DNA of 64,000 nt from Macrostomum lignano (Eukaryota), in the NCBI GenBank assembly GCA_002269645.1, contig NIVC01001095.1:1-64000 (forward strand), given 5' to 3'. Of the stretch, positions 20,232 to 33,902 are shown piece after piece. Under the pieces are notes generated by a model. It ran no database searches. It had not been told where the DNA came from and worked only from the letters and a program-made list of their open reading frames with translations. The translations under genes were made by a program, and so were the position numbers. Each line of letters begins with the position of its first letter. Within the stretch, counting starts at the first letter, position 1.

Positions 20232-22459
20232 CTAAGGGGATTTTGATGGGAATTTATTAGAAACTTTTCTTCACACAGGAAGTCTAGTTATCAACAGATT
20301 GATTGACTTTTGTCGACCTAAAACTTGTAATGATAAGTATAACAAACAACAATTGATACTTAAAAAAGCAAATCAGTAGAACAAATTTTATTTACATAAT
20401 TTAATATCATTTTGAGATCCAAAATGACAAGATAACAGTATTCAATTTTTCCTTGTACTATACATGAAACAGGTTATGAATATAAAACCTGGCTATAATT
20501 AGACAAGTCAAATTAAAGTCAATTGCTAAAACTATGTTTTTTGAGTGATTTGATTTATTATTTTTGTACATATTTGCATATTGTATACATGTTTTACCTA
20601 GGTTTTTAGTTTTTCCTTTCAATGCAATTTTTAATACATTTTTATTGAAAAAAAAGTTTTAATATTGTCAATTTTGCTTTTACTCTGTTTTTATGTCTAT
20701 ATTAATATTTATCCTTTTTATTTTACATCTATTAAAAAACTTCTGCATCATATGAGCATATATATATATATAATTATATATATATAATTGTCTAGTTATA
20801 AATAAATAGTAATAAAGTTAAATATAAATAAAAAATACAATTCAAATAAAATAAATAATGTATGCATATGAAAAACTTTCTAACTTTTATTTTTTTTTGA
20901 TGATATATAGTTTTTTAATCATATATATCTACTGAATTCTATTCAAGAAAGATTTAATGGAATCTAAGGTGATTGATTTAGCAACTAACATATAAGAATA
21001 GCATGGCATCATCCACAATGCATTAGCTAGAGACCAATAATCTCAGTTAATGCTCCTTGATTGCTACTCATCACTAGTGCAAAGTGACTCAAATAAATAG
21101 AGCAGTTGTCCAAGTTAAGATTTTGTCTGCATTGCCCCCCTTCTCCCAATGTTTAGTACCACATAGTCTTAATAAAGAGATTTAGGAGACAAAGTGACAC
21201 TGCATATTTATGAATTAATAGCTCATTGATAATAGCCTTGCACATATATAAAACTAAATATCTATAAGAAAAATAAGCATTGGATATGCAGTTGCTATCC
21301 ACATGTTTTGATTAGGCAAGTCCTTTATAAAGTCTTACTAAGTATTGGGCCAAGATGAAATTCATTCCAAAAACAAATAATATGTTCTATAAAGAAGGTA
21401 AAAAAAAATTAAATGCATTTGCACACAAATTTTTTTACCTTAAAGGAGCTTTAGAGAATTTATATTGGTACTAATATTACCATTGTTATATTAAAATCCA
21501 AAAGTTTGCAAGCTTTTTTGGCAAAAAATCCATTGTTCTACATGTCTTTCTTGGTTAGATTTCTTAGTCTATGCTCTTGATGAATAAAGTACAACCTAGG
21601 CATTGGGGAGGCAATGCAGACAAAATTGTTAACAGTCCATTTTGATAATAGCCACTTTGGTAACAAGTGAGAATAATAGTATATATTATATTTGATATGC
21701 TCTAAAAGAATGTGCAAACAAACTTTAAAGAAAGAATGAAAAAAACATATGTACCTATGTGTTTAACTTGTTTAAAAATCTATGTTAACTTCCAAATAAG
21801 TCAGATATATGCACCAAGACATCCTGTAATTGACCAAATATTATACACCATGTGGCGAAATCCAAAAACGTGGGATAAAATGGTAAAACAAATCTGCAGA
21901 CATTTAATAGAAAGTTATGTATCTAAAAAAGGTTTTTGAAAGATGGATAGGTCTTTAAAAATAGTTCTGGATAAAAACTATTGTTTTCATGCTTTATATC
22001 ATTGAATAAATAAGAAAAAACCACAAAAAAGCATTTTAAAAGTCCAAGTTGACCAATTTGCAATTTTTTGTTTCACTTCTTTTCATTATTAAACAATTAA
22101 TTTTAAGACTTGTAGGCCTTAGAGAAGGCTAATTTTTTACTACTTACAAAACAGAAAGTAATCTGTGTTTTACTTTTTATTCTATTCAAAAAGATAAAGT
22201 ATTTCTAAGGATTTTGAAGTTTTTTCTAAAACCACATAAACTTGCGAAAATTCATACTAATTTAAAGTGCAAAGTTTGCCAGCAAATATCTTTCTCTAAA
22301 AGTAAATATATTGCTAATTCCTTGTTGCAAAATAATCTTTAAGTTGTTTTCTTTCATTTAAATATCAACTTGCATAGTATTAGTGTTTGTAATATGCCTA
22401 TATTTAGACTTAAAAATTTTGGGTAAAAAATGGTACCACAAAATGTGAATCCAACATCC

Positions 22460-22795
22460 AAATCAAATGCTTCCTATATGCTTATTAAGCGACCAAGAAC
22501 AATGAAATTACACTAAAACATGTATCATTGTGGCATGTATGCAGGAAAAAAGAATTTTCCAAATCGCTTTGGTAGAAGCTGAGTAAAATGCAATTTTCCA
22601 ATCCTTATAAGAATTCCAATGTGTTACCCGGCTTCCAAATCAGATGCTTACTGTATGCTCATTAAGCGACGAAGAACAATGAAATTACACTAAAACATGT
22701 ATCACCACGGCGTGCATCCAGGAAAAAAAGAATTCTCTGAATTGCTTTGGTAGAAGCTGAATAAAATGCAATTTTCCGATCCTTATGGGAATTTG
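22460..22795. repeat. Diverged tandem duplication of about 175 bp
   Basis: AAATCA.ATGCTT...TTAAGCGA..AAGAACAATGAAATTACACTAAAACATGTATCA occurs twice. Confidence 0.85.
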
Positions 22796-23589
22796 TATGT
22801 TTAAATAATAAACTTATGTTGAATACAATTGATTGCAAACAAACTCTACAAAATACACAATGTCAAGAGTAATGAAAGGGATTAACAAACAAAACCCTTA
22901 AAAATAATGGCAAATATGTTGTAGAATTATAGAGTGCAACATTATAAGATAGTTAAAGCTAATAAAATACATTATTATAGCTTTTCTATCATTTTCATTA
23001 GAGTCATTTTAGGTCCTAATTAAACTTACCATTTTAACAAATCATTTTATTAAAAATAAAGCTATACATAAATAATTTGTGCTTTTATAGACTTTTTTAC
23101 CTTTTAAAAACTTCAATAAATTTATTTTATAGCTTTATTGCTTTCAAATTGCCAAGAAATGAATTTTCATAAAACTTGCTCCTGATTTTTAGATTTTGCC
23201 ATGTATATTAGAATCTCTGATCTAATTAGCAACACCAATTTACAATTATAGAATATACCTTTTTCTTCATTAATTTTTTTAATTTTAAATTTTAATTTAT
23301 GCAAGCTTTGCTTAATTTTCTTTGGTTTAAAATTTTTCACAAAGTTTAAACAAATTATAATATAGTTTAATTTGAAAATTTAACCATTATATGGCAATAG
23401 GATACTTAAGATAATAATTATATAACTATTTATTGCTAAACTTAATTATGATTAAATAAAGTTGTGAGAGTTGTAAATCTGCTTTGTTAACAAAGTAGCT
23501 ATTACCAAAATGGCTGTTACTAAAGTGGTCATTTTTTGTTATCAAAGTGGCTATTATTGAAGTGGATTATCCATATTTTTCTTTAGAGG

Positions 23590-23930
23590 CAGGGGGTTGT
23601 GTACACCTTGGCGCACTTTAAGCAACATAGGCACACAACCAGCAAGAGGCATTACTGCCTATTCCGCCGACTCCCCTGAGCAGGCATACAAGCGCGCGGA
23701 TATGTACGCAAGGCACATACTCACACAGGAGTGTACGGCGGCCCTAACTTTATTTCATCGTTAGGCATGTATACTTCATTGCACCTTGGGGGTTGGCTCT
23801 CAAGGCCATTAATTGCACAAGCAGAGCCAAGCTAAGATTCCAATTTAGTCCCAAATTAATGTGACTACACTTGGAATTGAGCCTGGGTCGCTGGCACATT
23901 AGAGCAGCTACGCTACTGCTGGGCTATGGC
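23590..23930 (-). mobile_element. SINE-like repeat, copy 2
   Basis: Reverse-complement similarity to 18915-19250. Confidence 0.75.
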
Positions 23931-25908
23931 CCCTTTGGATTATCTATATACTAAAATGGTTTGTCAGTATCTATCTATCTAGGAATGCGATTGATTTTAG
24001 CAAAAATTATAAGACCTCATTTGTATAATAAAACAAAAAATATGTCATTGATACAATGTTTCCACTGTGCCATGTTCCATATGTTGTATACTAGGAAATT
24101 TTTGGCATATATGTTGCTTTTTTAACTATGGTCTAAACTACAAGCAAATCTTGATGGACAATTTTCTCATAGGCAAAATTCACTAAGCATTGCAGGCAAA
24201 TTTTGGCAGGCAATTCTAAAACTAGGCCTATATATGATAAATATAGGCATAACTAGGGACCTACTATAAAACAAGTTACTTAACATTGGCCTATTTAAAT
24301 ACTTTAAATTAAAGTTCAAGGCATAGGCCTAAGAACAATTGTTTAAAATTTACTAAAACTTTATGTAAAGCTAGGTCCACTAAAAAAATAATTTAAAGAG
24401 AATGACTTACATTTCTTCTTGCTTATAGCCTCTCCTGGCAAGAATTTTACAAATGGCAGTGAATCTCCTTTTATCTTCATTTGAATTAGTATTGACAATA
24501 TAAAATGGATAGTTCATTTATTAGGCCTATAGATAAGGGCACAGGAAATGAGATGAAATATTTTCGTAAGCCTAATTAGGAAGACTAGGCCTAAGAGGAC
24601 TTTCGTCACTTTCCTTGAAAGTTAGAGCCAAGATGAGCAGGCTTGAATTGATTATAGGCCCTAAGGCTTTGCTTATATAGCCTAATAGGCCTATTTAGTC
24701 TAATTTTATGTAAAATAGTAGTCAGTCCTCGATGAACCTAGCATTTAAAATTTATAAGCAAACTTATAACGATGAGAAGTCAGTTTGTAGACCAAAGAGA
24801 CGAAATCCACAACGTTTTAACCCTAAATGTTGTGAATTTAAAATCTATCCTCTAGCTAGGCTCTAGCTAGGTGCAGTCAACATGATCAGCTTAACAATTA
24901 GATATAGTTAGTTATTTTTGTAAGCAAAGTTTTGCTATTTTGAATGCCCTGGCTTGGAGTTACAGAGTAAAAAGGGTAAAAGTAACCGGTCACCGGACAA
25001 ATAACAACTGCCAAAAGTAAAATATACAGCTACTGAGTTAACTGACCGGCTCAATATTGAACAGCTGATAATAAACCTCACAGTCAAATTTGTCTTAAAT
25101 GCAATAATAACAAACTATTTAACAGAATACAAAAAGAATTAGTTGTTAGAACAAAATTCTGTTAAATTTTATATAAAAAAGTTTTTTTTGTTGGCTTCTA
25201 AACTTTATTTTAGTGTTTGGTTACTGCAAAGTTTAACGCAGCATTTTGAATGGATTGAATTCTATGAATATGCTTTCGAAATTCATTGTTTAGCAATTTG
25301 ACGATCGTTGTTCGCACATTTTTTTGCAGAACAATACATTATAATATCGTCAAACAGAAAAACAATGAAAAGAATCTGCGGTCGCAGCACGTGACAACAA
25401 ATGGTCTATGGCGAGTGCCGGTAATCGTCGTCACATGACGGGGACACATCGAACTTGACCGCTGATTATTTATCTATTGTTAAGAGTTTTTAACAAAGCA
25501 TATACCGAGAGTTTAGTAGCTACTGATAGATACAATAAAGACAGTATAAAATCGCATAGTGTTCATGTAGTCCAGTAAAATTTTATTAAGAAATCTAGGC
25601 CGTAACTAAAATTAAACTTGAAGTAACTAAAACTTATGCTGACTTTGAATCCATGAGGCTTTTTATGGTCTTAGCTGGGTGGCCCTCTTGAAATCCTCAA
25701 GACCTTTGCCTGTGGCATAAATAAAAATTAATAAGTTAAATTTTCCTTTTATGATTTGCTTGTAGTTATTTTTTCTTTGATTTTGGAGAACTATATTGTG
25801 ATTCTGTAATTATAAGGTCTGAAGGTCAAGGTCAGTTCAAGCCACTCTGGGGCTCTGGTCAGGTTGGATTAAAATTGAGTTTTAAGGAATTATAATGTTA
25901 ATTATTCC

Positions 25909-27303
25909 GGCTACAGGTCAAAAGGGCGACAGATCAAAAGGGCGACAGTTAAAAGGGCGACAGTCAAAAGGGCGACAGTCAAAAGGGTGACAGTTACAGT
26001 GTATTTATATTGAAAATACGAGTTCCACGTACATTAAAAGTATTTGTTAAAAGCAGTAAACATGTATCATACTTGTATTTGTTAAAATGTGTTGTTAAAA
26101 TTGTACGAGCAGTTAAAATGGGGTTGCATAAAAGCTAGACACGTATTGGACACACTATTAAATGTTAAAATGTGGTTCAGTGAGGTCCATTTATTTCACT
26201 AACCGCCTTCAGTAGATCATTCGCCGAGCGGTTGCCACGCCTGAATTCTCCAGTATTTGAAGTACTGGGCGTGCATACTTTGGTATCTGTTGCGCTGTAC
26301 GCGGCGCATTACATTATCAGTTCAAAATCTGCAATCTCCCGTGCTGTGATCTCCCGAGGAGCTGGATCTCGAATGCTTATGCCAGTGTCCGTTGGCACAC
26401 CATCCTGACTGACATCATTTCCATCCACATCCTCGCTCACATCCTCACCCTGAGTGATATCCTCATCCTCAAAAATTACCTCTACCGATGGTTGATCGGC
26501 ATCCTGCTCAGGAGCATGATCGCTGACAGTGTCCTGTGGCTATTGCTGCAGGATACTACAGTTACTGCACCTCCAGTCAAAGTTGTCCAAATGCTGGAGA
26601 GCGCAATTTTGCTCTTGTGTAATGCCGCTGTTGCATGTTCAGTGTTGCCAACGATGGCAGCCATCACACTGCAAGCCTTGCTGACGTTGGCGGACCTCAT
26701 TTTCACATACTATGCATGAGTTATCCATTTTAAAGAAATCAATATGCAGCCTGCTTCCATCAGCTTTCTACGAGCATAACTACATGTAGCTATATATGCA
26801 CCCAACTAAACCAAATGGCTACATGTACACACTCAAGCTCAACACGGCCCTTACCTATCCCCTTATTCCCCCAAAAAATGTACATCATTAGATCAACAAT
26901 AAATAGAATTTCACAGTCCTAGTTTGGTGCCAACAAAAAACTTAAGACAGTAATTGTAAGAGAGCAGCTTTTTTAAATTCAGGCGTGGCAACCACACTCA
27001 GCACTTATATGGTATGGTGATTTCAGTGAATGAAATAAATAAACCCCACTGATCTATGTTTCAATGTACAATGTATGAGCGTACATTAAATATTAGAACC
27101 CCATTCTAACATGCAAGTACAAATTGTCAGCACAAAAATTGTTATTGCTAAGATTCTAAGATTTTCTAAGAAACGAGGTTTCCCGTCCTTCCACTTAAGT
27201 AGTTCTTGGTCTAATACCCTGTCGCCCTTTTGACTGTCGCCCTTTTGGCTGTCGCCCTTTTAACTGTCGCCCTTTTCATCTGTCGCCCTTTTGATCGGTT
27301 GCC
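25909..27303 (-). mobile_element. Non-autonomous Mutator derivative (1,395 bp)
   Basis: 9-bp TSD AATTATTCC at 25900-25908 and 27304-27312; TIRs built of AAAAGGGCGACAG subrepeats. Confidence 0.92.
26177..26716 (-). pseudogene. Decayed PHD finger + acidic linker joined to a MULE transposase C-terminus
   Basis: CIVCENEVRQRQQGLQCDGCHRWQH*TC...WRCSNC (C4HC3 with an in-frame stop), then after frameshifts MRRVQRNRYQ..YW/EFRRGNRSANDLLKAVSEINGPH*. Confidence 0.72.
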
Positions 27304-29418
27304 AATTATTCCTATTATCATTGTATGTATCAATCATGACTTATTGATCAATGGTAAAAATCTGTTTAAATATGCTAGTACTTACTGCATAACTTCAGTT
27401 TCTTACTCTAAATTATTTTCTAAATTTTCAACATTTAACATTTAGTCTATAAAATATAAAGGTAAAAAGTCAAAGTCACAGTAAAAAGTAAATGAGTCAC
27501 ATAGACATAATGTAGTATTCTAAAGCAGGAAAGTAAAGCAGGTTACTAAATTAATGTTCTAGAAATACTAGAAAATAATCTAGAATGCTAAAAGAATAAC
27601 AATGCCAAAATATCTAGAAAATAATATAGTGGGAAATCAAAGTTATACCAATCTCTTCAGACTGCCCTGCAGCTAAGTTATATCAATCAATAGTATATAA
27701 GTATATAATTGGGATTGAAACCTATTAGTTTATTTAGCCATTCTTGGATGTAACCTAGGGATTCACCTGGCCATTTCTATTGGCAACATATATATGTAAA
27801 TTGCTATTAGACAAAATAGTAATCATGTGACTCAAACTGTAGCTAAGCTATTAGCTGTACATCTAACTATTAGGGCAGGAGTAATCAATTATTATTATTA
27901 TTTAATAGCAATATTTCTATACATATGTTACTATTGCCATTTATATATAATTAACATTACCAAAAGTCAGTTGAAACACTTATGGGGTTTCCCTAGAAAC
28001 AGGGGCATAGCCAGGAATTTCTCATGGGGGGATGCAAGGATATGACTATGAGTAGCTGCTACTACTTCAAAGGCAGTTCACAGGAACATTAAGCGCCATA
28101 AATCAAATACTGACCAGCAGTGGTAGATCTAGAGGTTTATTTTAGTGGGGAGGGGGGGTTGGTCCAAGTTTGGGACGCCAACAGGAGTATAAGGACCATC
28201 AATTTTTAAGCTAGGGGTGCAAAAATGTATATAGGGGGTGAAAAATCAATCTTAGGGTCTTAGTTCAATCTTAGCGCAAACTTAGGTTTTTGGGGGGCGC
28301 AATATGTTCTGTCAAGCTATTTAAGGGGGGTGGCCTCCCTCCCCCCCCATAAATCCTGTTGACTAGGCCCATGGGGGCGGGATACATCCTTGCCTACACC
28401 ACTGCCCATAAACATTTCTTTTTGCCAATAGTTCAGGAAGACAACAAACAATGGACTTGGTGGTATTTTCTCTATATGTTCTCTAGACTCATATTTTTAA
28501 ACTTCTAGTGAGGATCTTTCCTCTTCAATCAATATATTTTATAAGCTAACACAATGTACACAAGCAAGGAGGAATAGGGGAAGAAAGTATAATGGGGAGG
28601 CCCAATAGGAGCCATTAGCCAAAGGAGATTCATGCGTTACTTAAGGGTTACATGGCTGGGCTTCTCACTTGCCAATCATCAGGGCTATTTTTAGGCATGT
28701 AGATCTTGTGCATCTGAGAGTTTCTGCCAAGGCTAGACGCTTGTTCACATATCACGCGTGTTTTGGTTGATTTCTCCCATCCTCTTGCTAATGGTGCTTT
28801 TGTTTCACTTCACGGTGGCAGATTTAGGGGGAGGCATACAGGGTGTGCATTCCCTGTCAAGTTAGAATTTTTTTTCGAATTTATTTTATTTTTTATTTAT
28901 TTTTCCATTTAAAATTTTCAAGACTGTATGTACCTGCCAAAAGTATAGATTTTTCTCTTATATTCCATCTTCTTTCCACTCTTATTTGGCCTGCAGCAAT
29001 GATCTAGATTTCTTATCTGGCCCCTTTAACTAAAAAGTTTACTGACATAGTCTAATTGTATAGATAGGTTTTTTAATATACCATACAAAGCTAGTCATGT
29101 TATCCTTTGCTATGAATGCTTGAGCCTTGGCATACTAATGTGATAGCCATTTGCAAAGATACCTAAGTTAAAAAAATAATTTTTAACAAAATTTTGTTGA
29201 ATTCACAATATTGCCAAATCACTAGACATTGGGTTTATGTTTTAGAAGATAGAATTAAGGATCAATAGATGCAATGATAATTTGATTGATCAAGGAGGTG
29301 ACAGGCACAATTGTAGTACAAAATTAGCACAATAATGCTGTTTTGCATCTTTTACATGTATATGAAAAAAATATCTCTACAATTTCTGACGAAACTGATT
29401 TTCTGCTCAAAGCAAAAG

Positions 29419-30756
29419 ATGACCAAGTCACCAGCACCACCGCCATTGCCCCGAATTCAAATACTAATGGTTGCCGCCCTGTTCCTTGGCTATTTCCTAC
29501 TATTCTGGGCTAGAAAAGCGCTGACATTTGTCATACCATTTGTATTGTCAGCTGGCGATATGAGCCAATCGGAGCTGGGCCTGCTATTGAGCTGGCAGCA
29601 GGCTGGATACACTGTGAGCAAGTTTATCGCTGGATTAGTAGTAGACCGGGTCAGTCCCAAGGCCCTATTGTCTGGCGCATTCGGTCTCAGTGGTATTGTA
29701 GGCCTAACTTTGGCAGCAACAGAATCGCTAGCGATGCGTTGCGTTTTAATGATCGCTAGCGGCATTGTTATTGGCGTGGCCTGGCCTAGCACAGTAAAAA
29801 TTGCCAAGGCTTGGGTTGCCCCATTTGCATTTGGCACAGCTTGGGCCGTGCTATCCACAGCTATGAACGCCTGCGGCATTGTAGGCGCCCCTCTGAGCGT
29901 TCAACTAAGCATAAATTATTCTTGGCGAGCCAGCGTCCAGTTGCCGTCGGTCTGTTGCTTAGCCTTCTGTCTGCCGTTTGTACTGTTGATTGCGTCGGAG
30001 CCGTCGGTTGTTCAGCTGTCCAGCCAGACTAAAACAGAGCGGCCAGACGATGCCAAATCGGCGCCAAAATCCAGCTGGTTAACCGATTGGCTGCAACTGT
30101 TGACAGATCCAGTGTGCCTGTCCTGCAATCTTGGCTACATGTCGGTGAATGCCTGTCGCTACTCAGTCGATTGGTTGCCAGTGTTTTTATCGGAATCGCG
30201 TAATCTAACGCCGACCGATGGGGCAGCATTTACCAGCTGCCTGCAGGCTGGAGGCATTGTTGGTTCTCTGACAGCCGGGTTGCTTGCAGATGCCGCGTTT
30301 GCCGCCGCATCTTCCTCCTCAGCGTCCTCCTCTCCGAGACGTTGGCAATTCAACCAGCCTCGTCTGTTAGTCATATGCTGTTTCAATCTGCTGTGCGTAG
30401 CATTCCTTCACACGATTGTCGCTCTGTCAAATCCTGATTGGCCAGTTGTCGCCTACCAAGCGCTTGGCTTCTGTCTCGGCGTTTGCCTATTCGGTCCCGT
30501 GGCCGTCTACGGCGTGATTGCGACAGAGAGTGCGCCAACCAGGCTAGCATTTACTAGTCACGCATTCTGCGCGCTCTTTGCCAATGTTGGCGCCATGGTT
30601 AGCGGCTATCCGTTGGGCTTGGCGGCCTCTAAATTTGGCTGGCCGGCATCTGTGGCTGCTCTTGAGTTTTGGGTTCTGGTAACAACAGTTGGACACGCGA
30701 TAGTGCTTCATAGAATCAGTTTGTCGGCAAAGGAGAAGCAATTAAAGGCTGATTGA
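29419..30756 (+). CDS. SLC37A4: Glucose-6-phosphate exchanger-like MFS transporter (SLC37A4/G6PT), intronless
   Basis: RKALTFVIP, SKFIAGLVVD, WPSTVKIAKAW..FGTAWAVLSTAMN and FGPVAVYGVIATESAP..TSHA..FANVG match SLC37A4. Likely start MTKS at 29419 (the track ORF starts at 29335). Confidence 0.9.
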   Translation: MTKSPAPPPLPRIQILMVAALFLGYFLLFWARKALTFVIPFVLSAGDMSQSELGLLLSWQQAGYTVSKFIAGLVVDRVSPKALLSGAFGLSGIVGLTLAATESLAMRCVLMIASGIVIGVAWPSTVKIAKAWVAPFAFGTAWAVLSTAMNACGIVGAPLSVQLSINYSWRASVQLPSVCCLAFCLPFVLLIASEPSVVQLSSQTKTERPDDAKSAPKSSWLTDWLQLLTDPVCLSCNLGYMSVNACRYSVDWLPVFLSESRNLTPTDGAAFTSCLQAGGIVGSLTAGLLADAAFAAASSSSASSSPRRWQFNQPRLLVICCFNLLCVAFLHTIVALSNPDWPVVAYQALGFCLGVCLFGPVAVYGVIATESAPTRLAFTSHAFCALFANVGAMVSGYPLGLAASKFGWPASVAALEFWVLVTTVGHAIVLHRISLSAKEKQLKAD

Positions 30757-30864
30757 TGCTTTGATTACGTTTTGATTTCGTTGTTTCGTTGCAAGCCCTA
30801 CCTTGATGGGCTTAGAGTGAGACTGCTTAGAGTCCAGAGAATTTTGCACTCTATCTGATCTCTT

Positions 30865-31555
30865 CGGGTACTGACGCCCTGTCTGATCCCACTGTGGGTA
30901 CTGTCTGATCCCATTGTGTGTACTGTCTGATCCCACTGTGGGTACTGTCTGATCCCACTGTGTACTGTCTGATCCCACTGTGGGTACTGTCTGATCCCAC
31001 TGTGGGTACTGTCTGATCCCACTGTGTACTGTCTGATCCCACTGTGTGTACTGTCTGATCCCACTGTGGGTACTGTCTGATCCCACTGTGGGTACTGTCT
31101 GATCCCACTGTGTGTACTGTCTGATCCCACTGTGTGTACTGTCTGATCCCACTGTGTACTGTCTGATCCCACTGTGTGTACTGTCTGATCCCACTGTGTG
31201 TACTGTATGATCCCACTGTGTGTACTGTCTGATCCCACTGTGTACTGTCTGATCCCACTGTGGGTACTGTCTGATCCCACTGTGGGTACTGTCTGATCCC
31301 ACTGTGTACTGTCTGATCCCACTGTGTGTACTGTATGATCCCACTGTGTGTACTGTCTGATCCCACTGTGTGTACTGTATGATCCCACTGTGTGTACTGT
31401 CTGATCCCACTGTGTGTACTGTCTGATCCCACTGTGTGTACTGTCTGATCCCACTGTGGGTACTGTCTGATCCCACTGTGTACTGTCTGATCCCACTGTG
31501 GGTACTGTTTGATACCATTGTGTGTACTGACGCCCTGTCTGATCCCACTATGTGT
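30865..31555. repeat. 22-24-bp minisatellite
   Basis: GTACTGTCTGATCCCACTGTG(G/T) units; source of three spurious minus-strand ORFs. Confidence 0.95.
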
Positions 31556-32454
31556 ACCAAAGCTCGCCATTGTTCATGCTATGCATATTTGTATTTTGAT
31601 CTAGAATATATTTTTTCTGCACTTCCTGTTCATTTAGGTGCATTTTGTTTTAGTTGTCAATAGCTCTGTTTTTAGCCTGCTTCGATTGATCTCGTAGTAA
31701 ATAGGTTTATTTAAATTTCATCTTAACTGAAAAGTTTTATATATACTTGCTAATTATCTTGATGTTTCATTCGTTAATCAAGTCTTCCATGTTTGTAGCG
31801 ATTTTTTACTTTTTGAGTTTAGTAATACTAATTATGTGTTAAGTAATGTGTTTTAGCTCTGTACTTTATTAGATTCTTTAAGACTATCGCGGTAACTCAA
31901 ACGATTTCAATGAGAGTGTCTGCCTATTTTAGCTAGCACTGCATATCTGTTGCATTTTTCACTTTCGGCAATTCGATCGTACTTGAAGTCGTTTTGAAAA
32001 GTACAAATAAATGAATAAACAAGTATTCATGCTAAAAGAGGCTTTCGATATATGCTACTGTTACTCTAAAAAGTAGTAAATTAAGCAACCAAATTGATCA
32101 TACTCCTTTTTGTTAGAACTTTTCTCGTCGAAACTCCGGAAGCTGCTGCAGTTAAAAACAATTAAATATTTTAAATTACATTAAAAAACTTGTTGTTACG
32201 AGCGTTTTTTAATTAGTGAAACTAAAATTGTCTGCCTCACTGATGCATCTGGCTTTCAGATGGCACTGCTAATTGCTGCAGATTAATATGAATTATTATT
32301 AATATGATAATTATTATTATGATTATTATTAATAATATGATGAATATAATAATTAGTATGATTAACATGGTTTTTCCAGCACATCTCTATTCTTCTACTT
32401 ACTAAGACAGCCAACAGTAGTGTAATAAGAACTTAACAACCAAATTAACAAAAG

Positions 32455-32895
32455 ATGCGTCTAACAGAATTGAAAGGCGACTTATTCGCTGGCTCGGAGT
32501 CGTCCGACCCGCCGGCCGGTATGGCGCACTGCGTCAGCGCCGACCTGCGAATGGGCCGCGGCATCGCCGCCGAATTTCGATCGCGATTCGGTCGGATCGA
32601 CGAATTCCGTCGGCAGACCTGCGGCATTGGCGAGGTGGCGCACCTGCGTCTGAGTGACGGCCGCTTGCTGGCCTGCCTAGTAACAAAACAGCGCTATTGG
32701 GAGAAGCCGACGTACGACAGTTTGACACAGTGCCTGCAGCGGCTGCGTCAGATCTGCTTAGACCAAGGCGTCAAACGTCTGGCGGTGCCGCGCCTCGGCT
32801 GCGGCTTGGACAGGCTCAACTGGCGTCGAGTCCGCGAACTCATTGAGGCCGTATTTGACGGTGCCGACGTGTGTGTTGATGTCTACTCACTGTGA
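32455..32895 (+). CDS. OARD1: Macrodomain ADP-ribose glycohydrolase (OARD1/TARG1), 146 aa, intronless
   Basis: KGDLF, AHCVSADLRMGRGIAAEF, LVTK and PRLGCGLDRLNW are all TARG1 signatures. Confidence 0.93.
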   Translation: MRLTELKGDLFAGSESSDPPAGMAHCVSADLRMGRGIAAEFRSRFGRIDEFRRQTCGIGEVAHLRLSDGRLLACLVTKQRYWEKPTYDSLTQCLQRLRQICLDQGVKRLAVPRLGCGLDRLNWRRVRELIEAVFDGADVCVDVYSL

Positions 32896-32924
32896 CATTC
32901 CTGAATCCGCTGCATTTGTCACTC

Positions 32925-33200
32925 GTAGAATCGCCCCATTTACCACCTATAGAATCGCCCTATTTGTCACTACACTGGTAGAATCGCCCCATTTACCACC
33001 TACAGAATCGCCCCATTTACCACCTATAGAATCGCCCTATTTGTCACTACACTAGTAGAATCGCCCCATTTACCACCTAAAGAATCGCCCTATTTGTCAC
33101 TACACTAGTAGAATCGCCCCATTTACCACCTATAGAATCGCCCCATTTACCACCTATAGAATCGCCCCATTTACAACCAAAAGGATCGCCCCATTTACCA
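32925..33200. repeat. Minisatellite
   Basis: AGAATCGCCCCATTTACCACCTAT and AGAATCGCCCTATTTGTCACTACACTAGT units. Confidence 0.9.
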
Positions 33201-33902
33201 TCCATAATTTCACTTCTGTTATAAAAAGAATCAAATTATTCTCATATTCCCCTGTATTTGGAGTTTTTCAACTGCAGAAGTAGACTACGTCATTACAATT
33301 ATGTCATTTTTCCCTTTTTGAATTCCACTCTAGATTTAAAATGTTTCATTACGAGTAGTCAGTAATACTTTGTTCGCATGTTTTGCTCCTACATGTAAGT
33401 CAGTAAGTGTAACTTGCCAAATAAAGATTGCATTTGATTACAATCGTTGTTACTCATCAGTTTAATTACTATCTTAAACGGGCTGATAATTTCCTTGGTA
33501 GCTTCGCCTGTCAACTGTTAATATTTTCGCATATTGAAATATTGGTGTTCAGAATCAACAATTAGCTAGCTTGGAATCCTTGGATTATAAATTTAGGAGC
33601 AGGACAAAGGATGACACTACGCGTATATTTTGCACCTTTGGTTTCTGGTAGACTGGGTTGTACAGGTTATGCATACTGTTTGCCTGAAGTTATCTGTTTT
33701 TTGGCCTTCTTTTTACTCGTTTGTAAAAAAGTTGCGAGTCAATGCTGCAAAAATGAGAAGATGGAGTATTGCTCTCATTTACAAATCAAATTATTTAGAA
33801 ATATTGATAAAAAATAAAAGTACAAAAAGCGGTTTGTCGCGCTTAAAAATCATGCGAGTTCCAAAATGCATGCCGGTCTAGGGTTTACGCGAGGGTGCAC
33901 CG

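Noticed and set aside
28118-28405. CAGTGG...CCACTG MITE
   Set aside because: Only a 6-bp terminal match and no TSD found.
30742-31570. Long ORFs of 232-272 aa, and similar ORFs at 1427, 3277, 4161-4755, 8221-8683, 34549-35198, 52508, 58253, 59548, 62007 and 63263
   Set aside because: All are stop-free translations of tandem repeats or TIR subrepeats, open in several frames at once.
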